Source: the human T2T-CHM13v2.0 reference genome, Homo sapiens. From it: a DNA stretch of 64,000 bases. The notes beneath the pieces were generated by a model, which had not been told where the DNA came from, did not search any database, and worked only from the letters and a program-made list of their open reading frames with translations. Of the stretch, positions 33,834 through 54,409 are shown in pieces; position 1 is the stretch's first letter, and each line of letters begins with the position of its first letter. The stretch lies in assembly GCF_009914755.1 (NCBI RefSeq), contig NC_060947.1. One strand, 5' to 3'. Position numbers and translations under genes: made by a program.

Positions 33834-35424
33834 TTCCATCCCTGCCCCTCCCAAATCTCATGTCTTTCTCACTTTTCAAAACCAATCATGCCCCAAAGTT
33901 TTAACTCGTTCCAGCATTAACCCAAAAGTCCAAGTCCAAAGTCTCATCTGAGGCCAGGCAAGTCCCTTCTGCCTATGAGCCAGTAAAATTCAAACAAACA
34001 AACAAACAAAAAACAAGTTGGTTACTTTCAGATACAATGAGGATACAGGCATTGCGTAAATGCTCCTGTTCCAAAATAGATGGATAGGCCAAAACAAAGA
34101 GGCTACAGTCCCCATGCAGGTCTGAAGCCCAGTAGGGTAGTCATTAAATCTTAAAGCTTCAAAATAATCTCCTTTGACTCCATGTCTCACATCCAGGCCA
34201 CACTGATGCAAGGGTTGGGCCCCCAAGGCCTTGAACAGCTCCTCCCCTGTGGGTCTGCAGGTTACCGCCCCCACCACTGCTATTATGGATTGACTTTGAG
34301 TGCTTGCAGCTATTCCAGGTGCACAGTGCACCTGCTGGAGTTATCATTCTAGGGTTTGCAGAATGGTGGCCCTTTTCTCATAGGTCCACTAGGCAGTCCC
34401 CAAGTAGGGACTGTGTGTGGGGGCTTTGACCTCATTTCCTCTCCACACTGACCTAATAGAGGTTCTCCATGAAGGATCCAACCCTGCAGAAGATTTCTGC
34501 CTGGACATCCAGGTGTTTTTATACATCCTCTGAAATCTAGGCAGAGGCTTCCAAAATTCAACCCTTGACATCTTTGCATCTGCAAGCCCAACACCACATG
34601 GAAGCCAGCAAGACTTGGGACATGCTCTCTCTGATGCAATGGCCTGACTTGTACCTTGGCACCTTTTAGTGACAGAAGAAGCTGGAATGGCTAGGACACA
34701 GGGCACTATGTCTTGAGGCTGCACAGTGTAGCAGGGTCCTGAGTCTGGTCCATGAAACAACTATTTCCCTTCTAGGCATTTAGGCCTGTAATAGGAGGGG
34801 CTGCCACAAAGTTCTCTGAAATTCCCTGGAGGCGTTTTCCCTATTGTCTTGGGCTATTAACATTTGGCTTATTTTTACTTATGCAAGTTTGTGCAGCCTT
34901 AAATTCTTCCCCAGTATTTTTTTTTCCTACCACATGATCAGGCTGTAAATTCTCCAAACTTTTCTGCTCTGCTTTCTTTTTAAATATAAGTTTCATCAGA
35001 AAATCTATTTGTGACCTCCTCTGAGTGTACACTGTTAGAAGTATCCAGGCCACATCTTGAATGCTTTGCTGCTTAGAATTTTTTTCTGCAAGATTTTGTA
35101 AATCATCTCTCTCATGTTCAAAGTTTCACAGCTTCTTAGAGCAGGGGCACAATGCCACCAGTCTCTTTGCTAAAGGATAGCAAGAGTGACCTTTACTCTA
35201 GCTCCCAATAAGTTCCTCTTTTTCATCTGATATCCTCTCAGCCTGGACTTCACTGTTCATATCACTATCAGCATTTTGGTCACAATGATTTAGCTAGTCC
35301 CCAGGAAGCTCCAAACTCTCCCTTATATTTCTCTCTTCTTCTGGGCCCTCTAAACTGATCCAACCACTGCCCAATACCCAGTTCCAAAGTCACTTCCACA
35401 TTTTCAGATATCTTTATTGCAATG
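33834..35424 (-). mobile_element. MST-int internal region; second LTR absent
   Basis: Typical 1.6-kb MaLR internal sequence (cccctcccaaatctcatgt ... ttccaaagtcacttccacattttcag). Confidence 0.88.
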
Positions 35425-35439
35425 TCAATTTTTTTCCAT

Positions 35440-36214
35440 TTTCTGTCCATCCCTGTTTCTAATAATCACTAATATACTCTCTATTTCTATATATTAACTT
35501 TTATTTAGATTTGAAATATAATTGAAATCCTGCAGTATTTTTCTTTCTATGCCTGGCTTATTTTAAATAACATAATATCCTCCATGTTCACCAATTTGTC
35601 ACAAATGGCAATATCTCCTTTTTTAAAGTTAGTAGTATGGTATTGTGTATATATATTACAATTTCTTTAAATATTTACCTTTCCATGAGTACTTCCCTTG
35701 ATCCCAATATCTTGGCTATTGAGCTTAATATTGCAATGAACATGGAAGTTCACATGTCTCTACAAAGTCCATATTTTATATTCTTTGAGTTATACCCAGC
35801 AGAGAGGTTGCTGAATCTTATGGTAGTTCTTTTTAAATATTTTTTGAGGAAAATGAACATAAAAATCACCAACATGCTGTTTTCTATAATGGCTGTACCA
35901 TTTTACATTTAGTCCAACAGTGTTCAAGAATTTTCTTTTTCCCATATCCTCACCAATACTTATCTCTTGTCTTTTTGATAATAGACATTCTAGTAAGTGT
36001 GAAACAGTATCTCATTGTGATTTTGATTTGCATTTCCCTGAAAATTAGTCATGTTGAACATCTTTTCATATACTTGTTGACCATTTTTATATCTCTTTGG
36101 AAAAAATTTCTATTCAATTCCATTGTTCATTTATAATGGCACTATTTCTATTCTTTCTATTGAGTTGTGTCATTTATTTATATATTTTAAATATTAGCTC
36201 CTCATCAGATATAT
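35440..36214 (-). mobile_element. L1 (L1MA-like) ORF2 3' end and partial 3'UTR
   Basis: tatctcattgtgattttgatttgcatttccctga and cccatatcctcaccaatactt. No poly(T) retained. Confidence 0.85.
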
Positions 36215-36216
36215 AA

Positions 36217-36557
36217 TGTATTAGTTTTTTCTCATGCTGCTAATAAAGGCATAGCCAGGACTGGGTAATTTATTAAGGAAAGAGGAGCTTAATGGACTCA
36301 CAGTTCCACGTGAGTGAGGAGGCCTCACAATCATGGTGGAAGGTGAAAGGCATGTCTTACATGGCAGCAGGCAAGAGGGGATGAGGACCAAGTGAAAGGG
36401 GAAAAAAAATTCTTCTGCCAGATACCCTAAATCATTTCTCTCAAGTTCAAAGTTCCACGGATCTCTAGGGCAGGGGAAAAATGCTGTGAGTCTCTTTGCT
36501 ATAGCATAGCAAGGATCACCTTTATTCCAGTTCCCAACAAGTTTCTCATCTCCACCT
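36217..36557 (-). mobile_element. THE1 remnant: half LTR fused to a short internal fragment
   Basis: LTR tgtattag...ctcacagttccac...gaaagggg (to ~36404), joined to cttctgccagataccctaaatcat. Confidence 0.85.
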
Positions 36558-36570
36558 ACCGTAAGATCCA

Positions 36571-36637
36571 GCAATGAGCCGAGTTCGCACCACTGCACTG
36601 CACTCCAGCCTGGGTGACAGAGCGAGACTCCATCTAA

Positions 36638-36697
<60 letters not shown>
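36571..36697 (+). mobile_element. Alu 3' fragment with poly(A) and (TA)n
   Basis: gcaatgagccgag...ccagcctgggtgacagagcgagactccatct, then about A20 and about (TA)21. Confidence 0.92.
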
Positions 36698-36700
<3 letters not shown>

Positions 36701-37280
36701 TAGATTACAAAACCCAACTTCTTTTATACATTAGGAAAGCCTTTCTAAGAAAGACAGGTACAAATAATCCCACACAGCAAAGTCTACAATAAATATCTAA
36801 CTCCTCAATGCCCAGACATTAAAAAACATCTACTAGCATCAATACCAGCCAGGAGAAGGTGACCTCATCAAAAAAACTAAATAAAGCACCAGTGACCAAT
36901 CTTGGAGAAACAGAAATATGTGACCTTTCAGAGAGAGAATTCAAAATAGCTGTGTTGAAGAAACTCGAAGAAATTTAAGATAACACAGGGAAAAAGTTCA
37001 GAATTCTATCAGATAAATATAACAAATAGATTAAAACAATTAAAATAAATTAAGCAAAAATTCTACAGCTGGAAAGTGCAACTGGCATACTGAAGAATGC
37101 ATTAGATTCCTTTAATAGCAGAATCAATCAAGCAGAAGAAAGAAACAGTGAGCTTGAAGGCAGGCTATTTGAAAACACACAGTCAGAGGAGACAAAAAAA
37201 AAAGAATAATTAAAAAAATGAAGCACGCCTACACGATCTAGAAAATATCCTCAAAAGAGCAATTCTGAGTTATTGGGCTA

Positions 37281-44227
<6,947 letters not shown>

Positions 44228-45146
44228 ATTTATTGGGAGTTAAGAGGATATAGACAAAGAGATATGGGTAGAAAGTTTACTCGAATGGATAATAACAGAG
44301 AACTTTGCAAACCTAGGGAAATATATCAATATCCAAGTACAAGAAAGTTATAGAACACCAAGCAAATTTAATAGAAAGAAGACTACCTCAAGTCATTTAA
44401 TAATTAAACTCTCACCAGCTCCAACAGCTTGGAGTTCCTCAAAAACCTCAAAAATTGAGCTATCATTTGATTCAGCAATCCCACTGCTGATTATATATCC
44501 CAAACAAAAGAAATCAGTATATCAAAAAGTTATCTGCACTTCTTTTTGTTGTTGTTGTTGTTGCAGCACTCTTCACAACAGCTATGATTTGGAAACAATG
44601 TAAGTGTCCATAAACAGATAAGTGGATAAAGAAAATTTGGTAAATATACACAATGTAGTATCATTCAGCAATAAGAAAGAATGAGATCCAGTCATTTGCA
44701 ACAACATGGATGGAACTGGAGATCTTTATATTAAGTGAAATAAGCCACGTACAGAAAGACATATGTCACATGTTCTCACTTACTTGTGTGATCTAAAAAT
44801 CAAAGCAGTTGAACTCATGGACATAGAGAGTAGAAGAATAGTTACCAGTGGCTGGGATGCGTATTGTGGGTTTTGAGGAAGGTGGAGATGGTTAATCTCT
44901 ACTAAAGAAATAGAAAGAATGAATAAACCTACTATTTGTTAGCACAACAGGGTGATTATATTCAATAATTACTTAATTGTGCATTTTAAAATAACTTAAA
45001 GATTGTAATTAGATTTTTTTGTAACTGAAAGGATAAATGCTTGAGGCAATGGACTTAAAAATTAAAATAAAATTAGCAAGCTTTTAGTCAAAAGTCATAT
45101 TAAATAAAAATAAAAACATAAAAATAAATGAGAGGGAAAAACTTTC

Positions 45147-45519
45147 TGTATTAGTCTGTTCTCACACTGCCATAAAGAACTGCCCACGACTGGGCAAATT
45201 ATAAAGAAAAGAGGTTTAATTGACTCAAAATTTCACAGGGCTGGTGAGGCCTGAGGAAACTTACAATCATGGTGGAAGGGGAAGCAAACACATTCTTCTT
45301 CACATGGCGGCAGGAAGAAGAAAAATTAGTGAAGAGCAGGGAAAGCCCTTATAAAACCCTCAAGTCTTGTAAGAATTCACTCACTATCCCTAGAATAGTA
45401 TGAGGGTAACCACCCCTATGATTCAATTACCTCCCACCAGGTCCCCACCATGACATGTGGGATTATGGGAACTACAATTCAAGATGAGATTTGGGTAGGG
45501 ACAGAACAAAACCATATCA
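45147..45519 (-). mobile_element. THE1 (C/D-like) solo LTR
   Basis: TG...CA ends, 373 bp, perfect 5-bp TSD CTTTC. Confidence 0.95.
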
Positions 45520-46850
45520 CTTTCACATACAAACAAATGCTGAAGATGATTATCACCACTAGATCTCCCTTATAATAAATGTTAAAGTGAGTTCTTAAAG
45601 CCTAAGAAGCAGAACCCTAGCCAGTAACATAACAACATATTAAAATATATGTTAAAATAAATACATATTTAGATTAAGAATACTCATACTGTAATGATGG
45701 CTTGTAGATCAGTTATACCTCTGGTATAAAGATTAAAAGACAAAACAATTAATAATAATTGTAGCTATAATAGTGTGTTAACACATACAAATTATAGAAA
45801 TATATGTTAAGATATTGAAAACACAAATTGGAAGAAGAAGTGAAGTGTTAAGTTTGTTCATGTAATTAAAATTAAGTTATTATAAACTTAGAATAGCCTG
45901 TTACAAGCATAAGATGTTTTACTTAAGCCTCATGGTAGTCATCAACAAAAACCTATAGTAGATACACAAAACATGAAAAGTTTCAAAGTGTAACACTACA
46001 GTAAATCATCAAATCACAATGGGAGATAGCAAGAGAGAAGGAAAGGAACAGAGGGTGTACAAATCAACTAGAAAACAATTAAGCAAATGGCACTAGTAGG
46101 TTCTTGCCTATACATAATTAATTTGAATACAAATAAATTATTTTTTAAATCAAAAGACATGAGTGACAGAAAGGGTAACAACAAAAACAAGACCCGACTT
46201 TATACTGCCTACACGAGACTCACTTCACCTTTAAGGGCATACTTAGAATGAAAGTGAAAGAATAAAAAATTTATTCCATGCTAATAGGAAACAAAACAAG
46301 TGCAGGTGTAGCTATACTTATATCAGATAAATAGACTTTAAGTCAACAACTGTAAAAAAGAGATCAGGACATTTTATAATAATAAAGGTATCAATTCATC
46401 AACAGGAGATAACAATTATAAAAATATATACGTACTCAAAATCACAGCACCTAAAGTATAAACCAAATCTTTAAATATCTGAAGGGAGAGTTAGACTGCA
46501 ATACAATTATAGCAGGAGACTTCAACTTCCCAATTTTAACAATAGATAGATCATCTAGACAGGAAACCAATAAAGAAACATTCGATGAACTACACTTTAG
46601 AACAAATGAATCTGACAAACATACGTGGAATGTTCCATCCAACAGCCACACAATCCATTTTCTTCTCAAATGTATTAAAAGATAAATTTCAAAATTTCAT
46701 GAGATAAACAAAAATAGAAAGAAAACTTAACAAAACATATTGGATGTGGCAAAAAGATTTTGAAGAGGGAACTATATAGCAATAAAAGCCTACATCGATA
46801 AAGAGGAAAAAACATAAACAATCTAATGTTACAGCTCTAGAACTAGAAAG

Positions 46851-47061
46851 TCATAAGGAAGACAAAATATAGTCACTTTTCATTAAGTGTAAGTTGAATA
46901 TCATACAGGTCTTTATCTTAATCACCTTCACAATGAGTATACTGAAGAAGTGGAGGAAGAAGGAAGTTGGTCTTGCTGTCTCAGGGGTAGCAGAGGCAGA
47001 AGAAAATCTGTATATAAGTGGACCCACACAGTTCAAACCCATGTTGTTTTAGAGTCAACTG
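46851..47061 (-). mobile_element. Tigger2a-like DNA transposon fragment
   Basis: ttggtcttgctgtctcagggg...gtggacccacacagttcaaaccc...gtcaactg followed by TA. Only one end is present. Confidence 0.85.
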
Positions 47062-50000
47062 TACTACAAATCACCATATGCCCACAAATTTGATAATTTG
47101 GAAGAAATGAATAAATTCCCAGAAACTTATAACCTACAAAGACAAAATCATGCAGAAATAAAAAATCTGAACAGATTAATACTGAGTAAAAGATTGCATT
47201 AATAATAAAAAGTCTCCCGTTAAAGAACAGCTTAAGACCTAACAGCTTCATGGCTGAATTTTACCAGATATTTTTAAAAGACTGAATGCCAATGGTTCTC
47301 AAACTCATTCAAAAAAATGAAGATGAGAGAATACTTTAAAACTTATTTTACAAGGCCAGCATTACCCTGATACCAAAGCCAGACAAGGATACTATAAGAA
47401 AAAAAATATATAAGCAGATATCTCTGATGAATTCTCATGCAAAAAGTCTCAACTAAATTCTAACAAAGAAAATTCAAAATCATGTTAAAAGGATGATTCA
47501 CCATTATCAAGTGAGATTTATCTCTGGGATGCAAGGACATTCAATATACACAAATCAACGAATATAATACATCATATTAACAAAATAAAAGACAAAAGCC
47601 ACATTATCATCTCAATAGAGGCAAAAAAAATCATTAGACAAAATTCCACATCCTTTCATGATAAAAACTCTCAACAAGTTAGGATAGAGGGAATATGCCT
47701 CGAACAATAAAGAACATATATGACAAGCCCACATTAAACATTATTCTTCATAGTCAAAAATTGAAAGTTTTTTTATTAAGATCAGGAATAACACAAGGAT
47801 TTCCACCCTTGCCACTTTTGTTCAACATAGTACTGCCAGAGCATTTACGGAATAGAAAAAGAAAGAAACAGATCCAAATTAGAGAAGAAGAGGTTAAATT
47901 CTCTGCTTTTGGACATCATAATTTTATATTAAAAAAACAAAGACTCTACCAATAACTGTGATTACTGATTACTGAATTCAGCAAGGTTGTAAAATACAAA
48001 TTCAATGTGCAAAAGTCAGTAGAGTTTCTATACACCAACAACAAATTATTCAAAGGAAAGTATTTAAGAAAACAATCTTATTCATACTAGTATTAGAAGT
48101 ATAAAATACTGAAAAGTAAATTTAACCAAGATGGTAAACTATGTGTATATTAAAACCTCTAAATCATTGATGAAAGAAATTGAGAATAACACAAGTAAAT
48201 GATAAGACATGCTATGTTTATGAATAGGAATTATTAATATTGTTAAAATGTTCCATTTTACCCAAAGCTATATACAGATTAAATGCAATCCCTATCAAAT
48301 TCAAATTATATTTCACATCAATAGGAAAAAAACCCTGAAATTCATATTGAACCAAAAAAGAGCTCAAATAGCTAAAGCAATCTTGAGGAAAAGAACAAAG
48401 CTAGAGATAGCACACTACATTATTTCAAAATATATTACAAAAATATTATAATCAAAACAGCATGGCACTTGCACAAAAAGAAACACGTTGTTCAGGATAT
48501 AATGTCCAGAAATAAATGCATGCATTTATAATCAACTGATTTTTGACATAGCTGCCAAAAACATACAATGTGAAAAGGATGGTTTTGTTCAAAAATTTTA
48601 ATGGGAAAACCATATATCCACAAGCAAACAGGTAAAATTGGACCCTTATCTCAAACTGCATACAAAAGTCAACTCATAATTTATTAACAACTTACGCATA
48701 AGATCTGAAACTGTAAAACTACTAGAAGAAAGCACAGAGGAAAAGCTCCACAACATTGGTCTGGCAATGATTTCATGGATGTGAACCAAATATGGGCAAT
48801 ATAAGCAAAAACAGACAAATGGGATACATCAAAATAAAATGCTTCTGCACAGCATAGGAAACAACAGAATAAAGAGGCAACCCACAGACTGAGACAAAGT
48901 ATTTGCAAACCATATATCTGATGGATCAGCAATAACACTTCTAGGTAGAAATTCAAGTGAAAATATTAGGGAAGGAATTTAAATCAAATCATAAAAATAT
49001 AAGCATTGTTTTTTACATGTTCATTCACTAACTCTATGCATTAATATTATGTTAGTGAAATATGTATGTCTAGTATATTAAATAAATGTTGAACATTTAT
49101 AATAAAAATGACTAGACCAGCATTTGCATGGCAAAATTTTAAGGAGAAATAGAAACTTTGTTTTTTGACATTATTCACTTAATAAATCACATATTTTGTG
49201 AATCATAGAAAGAAAAGTAACTAAAGTAGATATGAATGGGAACTGTTAAAACAATAAAATTCAATACTATGTAGTATGTAATGTGTTTCACTTCTATTAC
49301 ACACACGCAAGCATGACTACAGAATTGTGTGTATGTAATACTTTAGATTTTCTTTGGCTTCGAATAACTACTTAATTTGAAATCCCAATACTGCGGTATA
49401 CAGTGTAATTCACTGTATACAGTGAATTACATAAATCTTTTTTAAAACATTAATTTTCAAGAAGTGCTTATTGTCTAAATATAAAATGGAAGTAGTCATG
49501 TTCTGTCTTTCTAAGAAAATAGCATGCATTCTAAGAGTTATAATCTTTCCAAATATGAGACTTTGAGGATGAATCATGAATTCAAAAACAATCTCAGATT
49601 TTAGGGAAGACTTGACTAACACAGTCACACGAGTGGTATTCTCTCATATACGTAGCAAGAAATATAACTTTAAAAAAGTATTTATTTTATGTCTCAAGGA
49701 GAAGTTTTCAACTAATTTATTGATTATATTGTTGTCTAAACTTGAGTTAAACAACGAAGACAACAACTCTCAAATGAATAAATGTCTTTTTACTTGAAAT
49801 CTAAGGCTGTCTAATATGGTTTGTTTGAACGGTGAACATTAAAAGTGAGTTTTAAAAAGTTTTGCTTTTTGTTTGCTTTTAGCAAAGCAATACCTTAGAG
49901 TGTCTAATGAGGATTAATATAAATATGTGATCAGTGTTTCACTAGGATGATTTTATCTTGCCCTGTTATATTCTATTCATCTATGTTTATTCATCTCTTT

Positions 50001-51983
50001 CCTTTGTTCTCCTTCTCCCAGAGTTTTATTTTTGAACCCATTGACATAAATCAGGCTGCTGGTGGTACTGTCTTGATAAAAGCCCCAGTCTATTCTTTTC
50101 ATCATGACAAGCTTATCTAGAAAATAACGCAATATCTCATTAGAATGACAGCATGGGGTTGTTGGAAATTTGTGAGTCCTGTTATTTTCTTACCCACAAG
50201 AAAGAACATCACTGGAAAAAATTAAAATATGAATTCATTATTTGTTTATTTTTTTTTAATTTTCAGAAATCACTTCAGTATTAGAAGAATTGGTGAAAAG
50301 ATGTGGAGTATTTTATAATATTTAGAAATAGAATTAATAATATGCATAAGGTGCTGCATTGAGATTGTTGTTAGTTTTTAACCAGTGCCACTTGTAAAAT
50401 TCATTATACATTTTTCTGAAATCTAATGTTTGAAATCTGATATTTTAAACTTCAGAGGATTAAGCTTAATCTTCACGTTTACTTTAGAAAGACATAGAAT
50501 TAGATTTTGGAATGGTTTAGCTGTTTCTGAAAGTACATTAAAAAACTATAAATATTCAAGTAGACAGCTGTGTTAAAATAATATGTATGGTGACAAATCA
50601 ATGCAGCAGAATTATATTAGTTCAATTTCCCTGAAGCCCTAGCCACTACGTTCTTTTTACAATGTTATACTCCTTTAAATGCATTCATAACATTGATTTT
50701 CTACTGTTACATTGTAATGTTTTTACCATGATAATCTGTAACAAATGTACGTCTTTACTTGTTTCCTTTTTCTTATGAATAGAAAATGACTGGCAGAAAA
50801 ATATTGGAAAGAACTGTGCCAACACAAATAAAACATATTGTAGGTTATGAAAGATGTGTTAATTAAATAGAAAGAAACAGTCTGTTGTCAAATATAGAAA
50901 TTGCTGTATATTTTGTCAGGCAAAAATATTAATCACAATGGCACACCTCACACATATGAAGCATGTTAAAATCAAGATTAAAATATACTAATCCTTATTA
51001 AACGAGCATCCTGATTATAAAAGCTGCTTCTAATTTTCTAAATGTTATTCTCATTCACATTTACCAGAAACTATGCTTGAGTATCTAATAATGAAATACA
51101 AACAAATCTGTAAGCCAAGAAGAACCCTAGTAAAAACTAGGTTTTCTATGCTTGATATTCCCTTTTTTACTTCCCCTGAGTCCAGTATTATCATGGTGCT
51201 TGCAGTAAATGTACCTAGCTTTACCATTTCTGCACCAATCCACCTGTGCTCTAGAATCTAGAACTTCCTGACAGTTTTTTTCATCTTCTAATCTTTCTAG
51301 TTATGTTCCCTTTCCTCTGGGACCTCATTTTATGGAAAATTATTTGAGGTCTGAATGGAAGATAACAGTTTAATAGCTGTTTCTAGCCTCAAGGGTTTTG
51401 TATTATTCTGTCTTTCTGAAAGATATTTAAAACTGCCATCACTCGAATAAAAATATATTTAGATGGCTTAACTGGTAATGCATACCTTTGGTTTACCTCT
51501 TTTGATTGTGGATGACTTGCTATAAAGATAAAATGCTATTAAGAATTATTTACCTAACGTGCTTGATAAAATTAAAGTAAAATTAGGCTCCAAACTTCAG
51601 AAAAGTTGCTTGACTCAAAAACTCAGCATTAATTGACTTGAAGAGGAAAGTGAAGTGCTACTTCTTATTCTGATTTCTTCACAGGAGAGACTTTGAGCAT
51701 TGAAAATATAGAAACCTCTCAACTCTTAATGTACCAACGCACACAGAAATACATAAACACATGCACAGAGAGCTTGTAATTCTTCATACATTCTATTGTT
51801 ACCAATCTAGTAGAACTTACTATATTTCATCCAAAAGAAAAGATTTTCAGATACTAAGAAAATCATCCGTGGGGACCCACCGTCTTTTCTGGCCAGTGTC
51901 TGAACACAGATATGGCTTCTGTTCATAAGGCACTGTGGCTTCTGTTCATAAGACACTATTATGTGTTTCTTTCTAAGAAAATA

Positions 51984-52130
51984 AAAAAGAAAGAAGAGGA
52001 AAGAAAGAAGGAAGGAAAGGAAGGAAGGAGAAGGGAAGGGGAAGGGAAGGGAAGGAAAGAAGGAAGGAAGGAAGGAAGCAAGGAAGGAAGGAAGGAAGGA
52101 AAAACAGGAAAAGATGGAAAAAAAAGAAAT
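51984..52130 (+). repeat. Polypurine (GGAA)n/(GGGAA)n simple repeat
   Basis: Directly visible, almost purine-only tract. Confidence 0.95.
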
Positions 52131-52929
52131 AAAATCTATTACTATTTTCTGGAAAGTACGGTGAGAAAGAATGAATTAATTCCATATTTAGCCAGTAAAG
52201 TTAATAATATTACATGCATCAAAGACATGCAAATCCTGAGCAGCTGCTTAAATATATTGCTGATCTCATAAGGTTTTCAAGGGATATAGCTACAGATGGT
52301 ATTCCAGGCAAATGTCCACTACCCTAGTGAGCTAAACTCTAATCTCAAGGACTCAGTCTATTTCTTTGGCATAAAATCTATCGGAGGGTTTGTAAAGCCT
52401 TCAGAGAGTAGCAGTGGCTCCTTTTGGCCTTTTTTTGCCACTTATTTTATTTACTGAAATTTAAAACAAAATATTTACTAGACAGGAATTGAAAAGAGAG
52501 GCAACTCAGAAAGCAAAATTATTATTAATTTTCTCCTCATTCAAAAGTCCCTACAAATTGTTACACTATATTCCTTAGCCTTTCACATATGGCAAACCCT
52601 TTCTCCTAATGGCTTGGTGGGGGCCATTGAGCTTTCCTAGAAGTTGAGGTGTTTTATCTATATGTAGTAATAATAAATATGATAAGTAAAAGTTAACCAG
52701 AAAAACAATAATAGAAATTCATTTAGAATCAGTCATCAATTTCTTTTTGATTACTACTATTTTATATAAATAGTATCCAAAATTTCAAACATATGTTTTC
52801 ATTCTACATAATTACATTCTAAATATAAGTTTTTAACTTCTCATTATCTTTTTAAACTTAACTAGATTAATGCATCTACAAGTCATACAGTGAAATGATT
52901 ATAGTAGACCAAAATTATTGAGTGTTCTT

Positions 52930-53365
52930 TCATTTTTATATTGAGATATAAATTGCATATGATAAAATTCCACCTTTTAAAATTATACAGTTGAGTGGTT
53001 TATAGTGTATTCACAATGTTGTGCAATCATCACTACTAATTCCAGAATAGTTACATCATATCTCAAAAAGAAATAATGAAGTGCTGACGCATGCTACAAC
53101 ATGAATAAATATTTGAAACATTATGCTGTGTAAGAAACTAGACAAGATACAGATTGCCAGGCACGGTATGAGACAATTTATGTGGAATATCCAGAATAGG
53201 CAAGTCTTTAATAACAGAAAGTAAAGTAGTGGTTGCCAGGGTGTTAGGGGAAAGAGGAAACAGAGATACTTTGCTTATTTGCCCTTCTTCTTTACACAGA
53301 GTAATCTTTGTTTTCCCATTTGTTTCCTCTTTCCCCTAACATCCTAGCAACCATTACTTTACTTT
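52930..53365. mobile_element. L1MB-like 3'UTR fragments in -/+/- arrangement
   Basis: Reverse 3' end (ttgagatataaattgcatatg..), forward catgctacaacatgaat..gtggttgccaggg, then a reverse copy of the same segment. Confidence 0.75.
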
Positions 53366-53845
53366 TTTGCCATTTATATTGTAATCTTAACTCTAAACAC
53401 CATATCTTCTTCCTAGTGCCTTGAACTTCAAATCAATAATCAAAGCCTTTATTTTCCTGTACATTCGAAACATAATTTGAAATTTCCCCCAAGTCACTTT
53501 TGCCTCTAACAATACCAGACATCTTTTTATTATCACAGGTATTTTTTATCTTAATCTTAACAGTCCGAGTCTAATAATGCTATACATTCATCTCTAGTAT
53601 TCATATAGATTATTAAAACCTCTTAGTTCTGCTCTCCATACCTCAGCTCTGTTCATAATATATACTTCTCTCTCTCTTCAACCTCTTCTAAATTTTAACT
53701 TTATTTGATCAGACAGCATTTAAATTTCTAATAAATATTAAATATTGGTACTGGCATAAAAGACAGGAACGAATCACACATAGACATGGGAGTATAAGGT
53801 CTGGGAAAGTACATAATCATAATAACAAATATTACAATACCAGTT

Positions 53846-54230
53846 TACTATGGTATAAAGGTGTCTTCTAAAATGCATGTGTCGAAAACTTAATCCTCAA
53901 TGCAACAGTGTTGGGAAGGAGAGACTCATGAAAAGTTTTTAGGTTATTAGGGCTCTGTTCTCATGAATGGATGAATGCCACTATGAGAAGGGTTTGTGAG
54001 AGTGGGTTAACTCTCTTTTGTCTTTCTGCCATGTGAGGACACAGGATTAGTTTCCTTCAGAGGATGCAGCAATAAGGTACCATTTTGGAGGCAGAGAGAT
54101 GCCTCACCAGATGCTGGTGGCTTAATCTCGGACTCCCCAGTCTTCAGAATTGAGAATAATGAATTTTTTTTAAATAAATTACCCAGTCTGTGCCATAACA
54201 GGGTATAACAGAACAAAACAGACTAAGACA
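53846..54230 (+). mobile_element. MaLR solo LTR (MSTC/D-like)
   Basis: aaacttaatcctcaatgcaacagtgttggga...ataaattacccagtctg...acagactaagaCA. Confidence 0.85.
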
Positions 54231-54409
54231 AATGTGATACAATGACTACGTATATATAGTGCTCTAAGAGCTCAGATTTTTCAGTCTTTTCACTTTAAGC
54301 ACTTTACATCTAAAGTTTGTCAAGAATACACTTATCAAATAGCTATATGTAGCATATCTTGTGAACATTTTACGTCTTTCTCTAAAATCTTCAACTTATT
54401 CGTCCATTA

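Larger units (their letters stand above)
45120..48923 (+). mobile_element. Old L1 (L1MA-like): ORF1 end through most of ORF2
   Basis: ORF2 remnants (ctgcctacacgagactcac, ggagacttcaac, gccagcattaccctgatacc). Ends abruptly at catatatctgatg. Confidence 0.85.

Noticed and set aside
50240-50325. Strong acceptor-like tract before ITSVLEELVKRCG
   Set aside because: No convincing donor, and the T-run alone can explain the acceptor.
51912-52271. 119-aa K/E/G/R-rich ORF
   Set aside because: Translation of the GGAA simple repeat.
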